Part shown: piece by piece, positions 1 through 8,993 of the stretch | How the letters are laid out: each line of letters starts with the position of its first letter | Position numbering within the stretch: the stretch's first letter is position 1 | Source of the DNA: Rhodothermaceae bacterium | GTDB lineage: Bacteria; Bacteroidota; Rhodothermia; Rhodothermales; JAHQVL01 | NCBI GenBank assembly: GCA_019634345.1 | Contig: JAHQVL010000167.1 | Coordinates: 24,992 to 88,991 of the forward strand | Reading direction: 5' to 3' | DNA length: 64,000 nucleotides | Notes under the pieces: model-generated | Told to the model about the DNA's origin: nothing | What the model saw: only the letters and a program-made list of their open reading frames with translations | Databases searched by the model: none | Made by a program: the position numbers and the translations under genes

Positions 1-1068
1 GCAGAACGGATTAGCTTACAAGGGGATTCGGTCCAAGCAAACGTATTGTATGCTGAAGCTCGGCAGAAATACTTTACTGTATTTGAGGCCTTTCCAGATG
101 ATTCACTGGCCAATTCCAGGTTGCGAATGGTGAACAACCTCATGACGGCGCCGGCAAAGGCCCCTACACCTGAGCCACAACCTCAACCTGTTGCTGCACC
201 ACCAACAGACCAGCAGATTCAAGAAAAGCTATTTATACTCTTCAAGGACCAGGGTGACGCGGCTTTATCTGATCGAAATTATGATGAGGCTCGGCGTAAA
301 TACATCGATGCCCTTAAGCAAAAGCCTGGCGATCCTGAGGTTGCACGCCTCCTGGAAGAGACCCAGCGCGCCCTTGCAAATTCACTCCGCCGGCAGAAGT
401 ATCGTGAGCACATGAAAAATGGAAACACACTTCTGGAACAAGATCGCTTGAATGAAGCGCGGCGCGAGTTTGAACTTGCTCTTCAATCCTGGCCCCAAGA
501 TGACGATGCCAAACAGCAGATATTCGTCATCGAAACCCGGCTCAAGGATAATGAGAAGAGGCAAAAGGATTATTTAAGCTTCAGAACTCGAGGTGACTTG
601 CTTCTCGAACAAAAGAAATACGAAGAAGCTCTAGCCAGTTATCTAGCGGCACTCGATGCGATGCCGGATGATGAATACGCCCTCGCCAAAATCCAAGAAA
701 CGGAGCGCGACATAGAATCGATTCAGAGTGTTAAACCCCCCGACCTTCCTCCGGGCATGGTGGATGAAAGCGGTATTTACAATTATACCGAACAGCCGCC
801 CGAATTGATCGGTGGGTTGGATGTATTGCAGTCTAGGATCAGATATCCAGCTGCTGCAATGAATGCGAATGTCGAAGGCCGAGTTGTTATTCAAATGCTG
901 GTAGACGAAACGGGGCAGATGTCGTCACCGACGGTAATCAAAAGCCTCGGTTATGGATGCGATGAAGAAGCCCTTCGAGTCATTCGTGGAGCCCGATTTG
1001 AGCCAGCTCGAGTAGGAGGCCGTCCAGTACCGTCCTGGCACCGGATGTTCTTCGAATTCACGCAGTAG
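1..1068 (+). CDS. TPR-repeat protein with C-terminal TonB energy-transducer domain (5' end runs off the window)
   Basis: Frame 1 is open from base 1, upstream of the listed Met at 46. Pro-rich linker PAKAPTPEPQPQPVAAPP. C-terminal TonB_C-like segment GGLDVLQSRIRYPAAAMNANVEGRVVIQMLVDETGQ...RFEPARVGGRPV. Confidence 0.75.
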   Translation, partial: AERISLQGDSVQANVLYAEARQKYFTVFEAFPDDSLANSRLRMVNNLMTAPAKAPTPEPQPQPVAAPPTDQQIQEKLFILFKDQGDAALSDRNYDEARRKYIDALKQKPGDPEVARLLEETQRALANSLRRQKYREHMKNGNTLLEQDRLNEARREFELALQSWPQDDDAKQQIFVIETRLKDNEKRQKDYLSFRTRGDLLLEQKKYEEALASYLAALDAMPDDEYALAKIQETERDIESIQSVKPPDLPPGMVDESGIYNYTEQPPELIGGLDVLQSRIRYPAAAMNANVEGRVVIQMLVDETGQMSSPTVIKSLGYGCDEEALRVIRGARFEPARVGGRPVPSWHRMFFEFTQ

Positions 1069-2293
1069 CACTACTGGCTACAACCCCTTCTGAAGCTGGA
1101 TTCCATCCCCACCAAGTACTTCTAACCATCATTGTCAGTACGATGGGCAGCAAAGCTACATTTAATTCCTGCGGCCAAAAGTACCAGCCCAGTACAACGA
1201 CTACAAGCGCAACAGCACACACTCTCATATAACCCTTGACCGCATTTTTCTTTCGGGAGAGCATCCAAATAATAATAAAGTGTGTCGGCCATGCCCAGAG
1301 CACATTGAAGTTGATATCCGTCACATGATGCAGGGAGATGAACCATAAGAATATCGCCAATAAACCAGCGATTCCTGCAATTCCGAAAACTAGCCGGTCA
1401 AACCAGATGCGAAGCCGGCTCGAATAGGATGCTTTAGAGTTTGTAACCCACAAACCGACAGCAAAGAGCCCCCATACCAACCCGTACAATACTAAGGGAG
1501 ACCCTCCCCCGGTCTCATGGTTGGGCTCTACCCAAAGAAGCGTGTCCTTCGCAGTCACCAGAGGCTGTTCCTCGCCGTTCACATTAACCAACGCCTCATC
1601 ATACGCTTCCATCATGTAGATAGGAAGCCCCATTAGGTCGTGGGCCGCTGGCTCTTTATCAACGGGCAATCCAAGTCCCAGGTCAATACCAAGGCTTAGA
1701 AAGGGAAAATGGGTCACATACGGCTGCAATATTTGTCTCCAGGTTCTCCCTGGATCTTCTGTGTGGTAAGTAAGCCGTTCTCCCAACACATCTTCAAGGA
1801 TGTCTCTTATTCGAGTGGAACAGTTGTCGAAAAGAAAATCGTATCTATATGTTCTGTTTTCAGGAAGGGCATTCGTTTCAACAAACTCGAATACTTCTTG
1901 CTTTTCCTCCTGGTTTAGAAGCAACACCTGCTCAATCAACGCTCGTTTCTCTCGGTCTCGATATTTATTGATTTCCCCACGCATGTGGCTTACACAAAGA
2001 ATGTAATCCAACTTCCCATATACAAACTTAGGTACAAAATAGGCGTCAAACCGAAACGCCCCATAATTGTACATGAGGTCAATACCATTTGCCGGATCTG
2101 CAATCCGAAGCGCCGTATGTCCCCAAAAAGCATGAATTTGATTTCCGGGATCCACCGTAATGAGCGAGATCACCGCTTCGTCAGACAGTTGAATATCTCC
2201 TTTATACCCTGTAAGGCATTGTGCCTGCACCTGCACTCGCCCAAACAGGGTGCACGAAATGAAAAATAAAATAAGTACCCGCGCTATCATCAT
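1058..2293 (-). CDS. DUF4105 (Lnb N-terminal-like) periplasmic domain protein with C-terminal multi-TM region
   Basis: Start moved to Met-Met at 2293, which gives the signal peptide MMIARVLILFFISCTLFGRVQVQAQ. Segment ISLITVDPGNQIHAFWGHTALRIADP...YNYGAFRF resembles DUF4105. Hydrophobic C-terminal third. Confidence 0.6.
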   Translation of the reverse strand: MMIARVLILFFISCTLFGRVQVQAQCLTGYKGDIQLSDEAVISLITVDPGNQIHAFWGHTALRIADPANGIDLMYNYGAFRFDAYFVPKFVYGKLDYILCVSHMRGEINKYRDREKRALIEQVLLLNQEEKQEVFEFVETNALPENRTYRYDFLFDNCSTRIRDILEDVLGERLTYHTEDPGRTWRQILQPYVTHFPFLSLGIDLGLGLPVDKEPAAHDLMGLPIYMMEAYDEALVNVNGEEQPLVTAKDTLLWVEPNHETGGGSPLVLYGLVWGLFAVGLWVTNSKASYSSRLRIWFDRLVFGIAGIAGLLAIFLWFISLHHVTDINFNVLWAWPTHFIIIWMLSRKKNAVKGYMRVCAVALVVVVLGWYFWPQELNVALLPIVLTMMVRSTWWGWNPASEGVVASSATA

Positions 2294-2438
2294 TGAATTA
2301 TCTAATATCCTCGCCAGTTGGGCGATAAAATAACGGAGAATCGCTCGTATGCCAACAATTCTACAGACCAAATTCGAAATTCATATCCCACTAATTGTCT
2401 AACTTCCGCTTTATTCATTTGCAGATTTCCTACTTCCT

Positions 2439-3281
2439 GTGAAAACGAAAGAACGCGCCTTATTTACGCTTGATGCGCTTCGAAAAGCAATTCCTGAACC
2501 CGAGACAGAGCTTCATTACAACAATGAATACGAGTTACTCGTTGCTGTAATATTATCTGCTCAGTGTACAGACGAGCGTGTTAACAAAGTCACACCTGCG
2601 TTATTCGAAGCTTTCCCAAGCATTAAGGCACTGGCAGAAGCCTCTATAGACGAGGTATTCCCTTTTATCAAATCGGTTTCATACCCGAACAATAAATCCA
2701 AGCACCTGGTCGGCATGGCGAAGATGGTGATGAAGGATTTTGAAGGCACGATTCCACCGAGTATTCCGCAACTGGTGAAGCTTCCAGGAGTGGGCCGAAA
2801 GACGGCGCAAGTTGTTGCTTCCGTTGCTTTTGATATCGATGCCATTCCCGTAGACACCCATGTATTTAGAGTTGCAAACCGTATTGGCCTGGTTAAGGAT
2901 GCAGACACCCCGTTAAAAGTTGAAAAGCAGCTTAAACGTATCCTACCGCAGAACACCTGGTCCGAGGCGCATCATTTGCTCATCCTCCATGGGCGGTATC
3001 GGTGCCTCGCTAGAAGCCCAAAATGTGAAGGATGTCCGTTACAGCCGGCCTGCCTTTATTATGAAAGGCTGCAAAAACTTCCTCCTCCCCTAAAAGGGTT
3101 GGACAAAAAGAAAGGGAAATATTATTGCAAAACATCCAATACGTACTTCGATCAACCCCTAATAAAAAAAGACCGATCGGGCACTGAACAACTAGCCTGC
3201 CCTGCATGCTCATCCATGAGCGTTTACGATACCAAGACGGGCAAAACAACTAAAAAAATCAAAGACTACCGAGTAAACTAA
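2439..3281 (+). CDS. nth: Endonuclease III (DNA glycosylase/AP lyase) with about 75-aa C-terminal extension
   Basis: GTG start. HhH-GPD region LPGVGRKTAQVV. 4Fe-4S motif C-X6-C-X2-C-X5-C (CLARSPKCEGCPLQPAC), followed by an extra Lys-rich tail. Confidence 0.9.
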   Translation: MKTKERALFTLDALRKAIPEPETELHYNNEYELLVAVILSAQCTDERVNKVTPALFEAFPSIKALAEASIDEVFPFIKSVSYPNNKSKHLVGMAKMVMKDFEGTIPPSIPQLVKLPGVGRKTAQVVASVAFDIDAIPVDTHVFRVANRIGLVKDADTPLKVEKQLKRILPQNTWSEAHHLLILHGRYRCLARSPKCEGCPLQPACLYYERLQKLPPPLKGLDKKKGKYYCKTSNTYFDQPLIKKDRSGTEQLACPACSSMSVYDTKTGKTTKKIKDYRVN

Positions 3282-3292
3282 TATTTATACCT

Positions 3293-4843
3293 ATGAACGC
3301 AGCGAAGAAACACCTTCTTCTTATACTAGATGGTTATGGAATAGCAACAGACACCTCCGTCAGTGCCATTCAACAAGCCGACACCCCTTTTCTGGACTCT
3401 TTATTTTCGACCTATCCGCATGCTACTCTGCAAGCATCCGGTTTATCTGTAGGACTTCCTAAAGGCCAGATGGGGAATTCTGAGGTTGGGCACATGAACC
3501 TTGGCGCGGGAAGAGTTGTGTATCAAGACATCACACGAATCGACAAATCCATCCAGGATGGGACCTTTCTCAAGAATCAGGTTCTTCTTGATGCTGTGCA
3601 GCATGCAAAAAACAATGAGAGCAAGATTCATTTCCTGGGGTGTTTTTCCGATGGCGGGGTCCACTCTACGTTAACCCATCTTTACGGGCTATTGAAATTA
3701 TGCAAGAATGAAGGGCTTCAAGACGGGCAGGTGTGTGTACATGCATTTACCGATGGCCGGGACACATCGCCCACAGGTGGAATAGAGTATGCCAGAGCAT
3801 TTAATCGCGAAGCAGAGCGCATTGGCATTGGGGCGATAGCCTCAATAGTGGGTCGCTATTATGCCATGGATCGCGACAAACGATGGGAGCGGACCAAGCT
3901 CGCCTACGATCTGCTTACGGGGATGGAAAGCCCCCTCACGTTTGACTCAGTCGAAGCAGCAATACAAGCCAGCTACGACGAAGAGGTCACGGATGAATTT
4001 ATCATGCCCCGGCGCATAGATAATGATGCTATTTCCAAGCGCAGCAAATCGGGGGCCCTCATTGAGTCAAACGATGCAATTGTCTTTTTTAATTTTCGTG
4101 CGGATCGAGCCCGGCAGCTAACGCATGCATTTACCCAAGACTCTTTTGATGGCTTCAAACGAGATCGCCTTACCAACCTGTATTATGCGATGTTCACGCC
4201 CTACGAAGCCACGCTGGATCTCCCCATAGTTTTCCCAAAAGTCAACCTTCAGCAAACCCTTGGAGAAGTTATCGCCAGCAAAGGGGGCACTCAGCTTCGG
4301 GCAGCAGAAACCGAAAAATACCCCCATGTGACCTTCTTTTTTAGCGGAGGGAGGGAAAAAGAATTTGAAGGCGAGGACCGCATCCTGGTCCCCTCTCCCA
4401 AAGTACCAACGTACGACTTGCAGCCAGAAATGAGTGCGCCAGAATTGTCAAAGCGCGTTGCAGAGGCTATGGCAACTACGGCATACAACCTTGTCGTACT
4501 CAATTTTGCTAATCCCGACATGGTTGGCCATACGGGCGTGTTTGAAGCTGCTGTCAAAGCCGTTGAGGCTGTAGACAAGGCCACAGAAGTTGTTGTCACT
4601 AGTGCACGGTCAAATGGATACAGCGTAAGTATCATTGCCGACCACGGAAATGCGGATAAAATGAGAAATCCGGATGGATCTCCTCACACAGCGCACACAA
4701 CAAACCTGGTCCCGCATTTGATCATTAAAGAAGGGTTTAGCGGCCCAATCAAGGACGGGAAGCTTGGAGATATCGCACCAACGATTCTTAGTATGCTGAA
4801 TGAATCAATCCCGGACGAAATGGACGGAGACGTGCTGGTGTGA
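3293..4843 (+). CDS. gpmI: 2,3-bisphosphoglycerate-independent phosphoglycerate mutase
   Basis: 516 aa. Characteristic LLILDGYG, GNSEVGHMNLGAGR and ADHGNAD motifs. Confidence 0.95.
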   Translation: MNAAKKHLLLILDGYGIATDTSVSAIQQADTPFLDSLFSTYPHATLQASGLSVGLPKGQMGNSEVGHMNLGAGRVVYQDITRIDKSIQDGTFLKNQVLLDAVQHAKNNESKIHFLGCFSDGGVHSTLTHLYGLLKLCKNEGLQDGQVCVHAFTDGRDTSPTGGIEYARAFNREAERIGIGAIASIVGRYYAMDRDKRWERTKLAYDLLTGMESPLTFDSVEAAIQASYDEEVTDEFIMPRRIDNDAISKRSKSGALIESNDAIVFFNFRADRARQLTHAFTQDSFDGFKRDRLTNLYYAMFTPYEATLDLPIVFPKVNLQQTLGEVIASKGGTQLRAAETEKYPHVTFFFSGGREKEFEGEDRILVPSPKVPTYDLQPEMSAPELSKRVAEAMATTAYNLVVLNFANPDMVGHTGVFEAAVKAVEAVDKATEVVVTSARSNGYSVSIIADHGNADKMRNPDGSPHTAHTTNLVPHLIIKEGFSGPIKDGKLGDIAPTILSMLNESIPDEMDGDVLV

Positions 4844-4871
4844 GAGTGCAGAGTGCAGAGTGCAGAGTGCA
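4844..4871 (+). repeat. Heptanucleotide tandem repeat GAGTGCA x4, immediately after the gpmI stop
   Basis: Read directly: gagtgca at 4844, 4851, 4858 and 4865. Confidence 0.95.
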
Positions 4872-4897
4872 ATTTACTACTCTACACTCTGCACTCT
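4857..4897. terminator. Hairpin between convergent gpmI and sppA, built from the heptamer array and its inverted partner
   Basis: agagtgcagagtg (4857-4869, or one repeat earlier) is the reverse complement of cactctgcactct (4885-4897). The stem is 13 bp with a loop of about 15 nt. Confidence 0.6.
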
Positions 4898-4903
4898 TGC
4901 TGT

Positions 4904-6712
4904 CTATTCAATCGTTAAGCGGAGAGGCCATAGGGCTTGGACGGTACCATTGAGTTCAAGCAGTTGACTCAACCGGTTCTTCTCCTGGGTGAACAGTTGC
5001 TCGGTGGGAGAAAGAGTGAAATTCATCCAGGCTTGGCCGGCTCGTACCTCAAGGGCTTCTTCTAATTGTTCAAACACCGTTTTGGGACGTGGTAATAAGC
5101 GCAGGCCGTAACTTCCTTCTTCTAATGAAGCCTGTTCGGCTGCAATTTTAACAGCGTCTTCGAGGGTACCCAGGCGATCTACCAGCCCCTTTTCTTTGGC
5201 TTCAACACCGGTCCAAACACGACCCTGCCCTAACGCATCTACTTCTTCAGGAGTCATATTCCGACTCTCAGCCACCAACTCTAGAAAGCTTTCATAGGTC
5301 TCATCTGTTGAAATCTCTAGCAATCGAATTTCCTCGGGTGATAAACCGCGCGTACCGGAGTACATATCCGCATAGGGTCCGGTGCGAAGGACATCGAATG
5401 TAATACCGACCTTATTTTCCCAAAAACCACTCATGTCAAGCATCATACTGAAAACGCCAATAGAGCCCGTAATGGAAAGCGGATTTGCTACGATCATATC
5501 CCCTGCTGTAGCTATCCAATAGCCACCGGAGGCCGCAACATCTCCCATGGAAATAATCACAGGTTTCTCAACAGCAGCTTTAGATATTTCACGCCACATC
5601 GCATCTGATGCAGCAGCAGATCCGCCTGGAGAATTCACACGAACGACTATCGCTTTCACTCGATCGCTATCTTTTGCTTCCTGCATAGCGTCTATGAATG
5701 TCTCAGACCCCACAATGTCACCACTGAGAAGTGGATTTGCACTGTATCCGCTTTCACCACTCATGATTGCCCCAACCGCATATACTACCGCGATTTCACC
5801 ATCACTTCCCGTAGACAGGCCGGCATCACTAGAAGGCACATTGATATATGATTTTATCGAGATCTCTCGAATATCTTCTCCTTCTTCAATATTGAGATGA
5901 CCGCGAACGACATTTTCTACCTCGTCCTGAAATAATAAGTCAGTCAGTAGCCCCTCGCGGTATGCATCCGTGGCCGTTAAAATCACCTTTTCTTCCATGG
6001 CCATTTTAACCTCTTCAACCTTCAGGCCACGGCTTTCAGAAATTGCACTAATGAAAACGTCATACCGAGCTTTCAAAAGGCTGGAGAGTTGCTCTTTGTT
6101 CTCATCCGAAAGATTGGTTCTCAAGTAGGGCTCAATCGCACTTTTGTATTTCCCTGCTCGTACGGGTTGGGCTTCGATATCGAGTTTGTCCAGCATGTTC
6201 TTATAAAACTCAGCCGCGATATAAAACCCGTTGAACTCAAATGGAGCCTGGGCAGAAGCATACACTTCATCAGCGACGCTGGATAGAAACAGAGCACCTT
6301 CACCTATTGGGCGGTCGTCACTAGAAGCAACGATAAATTTGCCGCTTTCTTTAAATTCAAGCAATGAAGACCTCAACTCCTCAAGCGACCCCCATCCGGT
6401 TGCTAGAGGGCTCATCTGCAGCCATATGCCCTCAACGCGCTGGTCCGCGGCTGCTTTTCGAAAGGCCTGCTTCAGGTCCAGCAAATCATAAGAGGGCCCG
6501 CCTCCAAAGGACTGTGTAAAGGGGTCATCGGAGAGAATTTCAGGAATAGCTCCTCCCAATGGCACGACCAATACAGATCCCGTTCGAACTCTAGGCGCCT
6601 GGTCAGACGTTGCCGCTACAGCAAACATGAAAAAAAACAGTAGGAACACGAGAGCGCCTAATGCCACAAACGTACCGAGGGTACTTGCAATTAATGTCGA
6701 TAAAAAACGCAT
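4904..6712 (-). CDS. sppA: Signal peptide peptidase SppA, 67K type (two S49 domains)
   Basis: 602 aa. N-terminal TM segment and duplicated ClpP/S49-like halves (NSPGGSAAASD, GDVAASGGYWIA). Confidence 0.9.
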   Translation of the reverse strand: MRFLSTLIASTLGTFVALGALVFLLFFFMFAVAATSDQAPRVRTGSVLVVPLGGAIPEILSDDPFTQSFGGGPSYDLLDLKQAFRKAAADQRVEGIWLQMSPLATGWGSLEELRSSLLEFKESGKFIVASSDDRPIGEGALFLSSVADEVYASAQAPFEFNGFYIAAEFYKNMLDKLDIEAQPVRAGKYKSAIEPYLRTNLSDENKEQLSSLLKARYDVFISAISESRGLKVEEVKMAMEEKVILTATDAYREGLLTDLLFQDEVENVVRGHLNIEEGEDIREISIKSYINVPSSDAGLSTGSDGEIAVVYAVGAIMSGESGYSANPLLSGDIVGSETFIDAMQEAKDSDRVKAIVVRVNSPGGSAAASDAMWREISKAAVEKPVIISMGDVAASGGYWIATAGDMIVANPLSITGSIGVFSMMLDMSGFWENKVGITFDVLRTGPYADMYSGTRGLSPEEIRLLEISTDETYESFLELVAESRNMTPEEVDALGQGRVWTGVEAKEKGLVDRLGTLEDAVKIAAEQASLEEGSYGLRLLPRPKTVFEQLEEALEVRAGQAWMNFTLSPTEQLFTQEKNRLSQLLELNGTVQALWPLRLTIE

Positions 6713-6995
6713 GCTTTACTTTTTTAGTGCAATCACAGTATAAAACAATCACAGATACCTAGTATACCCTTCGATCTTGCTCAGGGTTGCGATATATAGA
6801 TTGAATATAATTTGTCTCCATTAATAGACAGACTGTACGCCTGTTTCGAAGACACTTGAACAGGGGTTTTTTACTCAATGCGGCCTATTCTGGTTAAAAA
6901 AAGGGATTTGCATGGTTTGGCACATCGTTGTATAGGAATACCAGCATACAAGACGCGGCCCCTATACTTGTAGAACTTTTTTTGAGGACTATCAA

Positions 6996-8915
6996 ATGAC
7001 TACCATGCTATCAAAAGCCTCACGCCGCTGGGTTATTCCACTGTTGTTAATTGCAGGCTTATTATTTATTACATCCCCTGCCAATGCGCAGTCCCGAGGA
7101 CAAACAAGCGGGAAAAACGCAAAGACAGAAAAGAAAGAAGCCGGTAAATCGGCCTCTTCAAGAGCCAGCCGATCCTCAGGCTCTTCCAATGCAAATAGCT
7201 CGCGTCAGCGTTCAACATCAGGAGCTGGCAAAAGCTCTACTTCTTCTTCGCAAAACCGGTCTACGGCTTCTCGAAGCCAGCAACGATCGCGAGGAAGCAG
7301 CACGAGCTCTGCATCACGCTCAAGTAATTCAAGAAGTACCAATCAGGCAACAGATCGTGCCTCCAGGTCCTCGTCCAATCGCTCAACGAATGCGACAAGC
7401 CGTTCGAATAGGGGCACCTCAGGGCGATCTACAACACCCTCAGCGGGTTCTTCCGGGTCAAGATCTAACTCTGCCACACGCTCAAACAGAGGATCTTCAA
7501 CACCTTCTACACGAGGCACCCTTGGTAATGCTCGATCTGCTGACAGAAACGCTTCTGGACGCACTTCGTCTGGCCGCACCACGCAACGGGGGGACAGTCG
7601 TTCATCCAATGCAACATCCGAACGTAACTCTTCTGGACGTAGCTCTTCCGGGCGCACTGTACAGCGGGGAGACAGCCGGTCCTCTAATGCAACGTCGGGA
7701 CGTAATTCATCTTCAACGCAAACACGAGAGATTCGCCCTAACACGAATGACGGACGAAGATCAAGCAATACGCGTACAGAATCTGGATCGCGCGGCCGCC
7801 AAAATGCTACTTCAGGCCGCAATAGCTCCTCCAGGGGTGCAACTACGCGTCAGCGAGACGATCGATCAAGAACGGTTGTCACTGAACGAAACCGAACGTC
7901 TCAAACTCGCAGAGACAATACAACGGTTCGTGTTCAGTCGAACCGACGCCATCACAGGAATTCCAGACAGGTGTATAAGCGTAAAACGTATAAGCACCGC
8001 CCTACGCTACATGTGAAAAAGCATTTATATGTAAGCCCTGTGTACAATCACCGACCTCATATTCAGGTTAACGTAACCTGGCCCTGGCAGAACAGGTACC
8101 ATCGTAAATGGGAGCCGCATTACAGATACAAGCAGGTTGTGTATGTGAATATCGGTGGACGTAAAAATTATCGTAGATCCCGCATCGATGTCCGAACCGA
8201 CTATCACCAGGAAGTACGTTATGCGGACCATGGAAAAGCCGTTGTAGACATCTACCTGGATCGCATTGAAGTATACAAAGACGGATATTTTTACGGCGAA
8301 GTCTACCGGATTCCTGATCACTTGAGTCATATTGAAGCGACCATTTACAGAAATGGAGACATAGTGTACGACAAAGATGTCTTCCTCGTTGGTGATCCTG
8401 AAGTCGGCTTTGAAATGATCTCTACGCGTAACTACGATGGATATGTTCTCGATTATTACCAGCGTTCTCATGGATACAAAGCAGGTAAGCTGAACTTCAG
8501 AAGTCGACGCGTAGAATCGCGCCGCTACAGCAGGCTCTTCGATCCGTATGGGTACAATAACTATGCTCCTATATCGCTTCTCCCTGAAGACAGATACCTG
8601 GCAGACTACGGTTATGACTCAGTGAGCTACAATTATTACGACGATGATTACGATCCGTACTATGGCGGTAGCTATGACGATGATTACTACGATTACTATG
8701 ACGATGGCAGCTATTATAGATATGATCAATACAGCGCTCCACGCCAAGGCACATACGGTAAAGCACCCGATTACCCGAACTACAACAAACAAACCGTACA
8801 GGCTCGTATCGCTGCAAGCGGACCAATAAAGCTGAACAACAACAAATCCGTCAAAACCAGAGCAGGCGTCTCTATAAACTTCGAAAGAGAAGCGCAATTA
8901 GAAAGGATTCGTTGA
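6996..8915 (+). CDS. Secreted hypothetical protein: signal peptide, about 300-aa Ser/Arg/Thr/Asn-rich basic region, Tyr/Arg/His-rich middle domain, Asp/Tyr-rich acidic tail
   Basis: Signal peptide MTTMLSKASRRWVIPLLLIAGLLFITSPANAQ. Mixed Ser and Arg codon usage. A protein-level duplication at about 7551-7705 carries synonymous differences. No recognisable family. Confidence 0.6.
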   Translation: MTTMLSKASRRWVIPLLLIAGLLFITSPANAQSRGQTSGKNAKTEKKEAGKSASSRASRSSGSSNANSSRQRSTSGAGKSSTSSSQNRSTASRSQQRSRGSSTSSASRSSNSRSTNQATDRASRSSSNRSTNATSRSNRGTSGRSTTPSAGSSGSRSNSATRSNRGSSTPSTRGTLGNARSADRNASGRTSSGRTTQRGDSRSSNATSERNSSGRSSSGRTVQRGDSRSSNATSGRNSSSTQTREIRPNTNDGRRSSNTRTESGSRGRQNATSGRNSSSRGATTRQRDDRSRTVVTERNRTSQTRRDNTTVRVQSNRRHHRNSRQVYKRKTYKHRPTLHVKKHLYVSPVYNHRPHIQVNVTWPWQNRYHRKWEPHYRYKQVVYVNIGGRKNYRRSRIDVRTDYHQEVRYADHGKAVVDIYLDRIEVYKDGYFYGEVYRIPDHLSHIEATIYRNGDIVYDKDVFLVGDPEVGFEMISTRNYDGYVLDYYQRSHGYKAGKLNFRSRRVESRRYSRLFDPYGYNNYAPISLLPEDRYLADYGYDSVSYNYYDDDYDPYYGGSYDDDYYDYYDDGSYYRYDQYSAPRQGTYGKAPDYPNYNKQTVQARIAASGPIKLNNNKSVKTRAGVSINFEREAQLERIR

Positions 8916-8947
8916 GTCCATAGACAATAGTCCATAGACAATAGTCC
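8916..8947 (+). repeat. 14-bp tandem repeat GTCCATAGACAATA x2.3, directly after the stop codon
   Basis: Read directly: copies at 8916-8929 and 8930-8943, then a partial copy gtcc. Confidence 0.9.
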
Positions 8948-8984
8948 GGAGCCCAAGAGTAAGCTAAATACTCTGGGCTCCGGA
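8945..8984. terminator. Bidirectional hairpin terminator between convergent genes
   Basis: tccggagcccaagagt / actctgggctccgga form a 15-bp stem with a 1-nt bulge and a 9-nt loop, followed by ttt. Confidence 0.75.
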
Positions 8985-8993
8985 TTTCGGGCT

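Noticed and set aside
4844-4897. Possible CIRCE heat-shock operator, because of GAGTGC / GCACTC inverted repeats
   Set aside because: CIRCE is TTAGCACTC-N9-GAGTGCTAA, and neither the flanks nor the spacing match. The element lies downstream of gpmI between convergent genes, where a terminator is the simpler reading.
7051-8016. 321-aa plus-strand ORF and 159-aa minus-strand ORF (7343-7822) overlapping the Ser/Arg-rich gene
   Set aside because: These are shadow frames kept open by the biased composition. Neither has a signal peptide or a continuation. The 6996 frame runs 639 codons and shows a protein-level duplication with synonymous differences.
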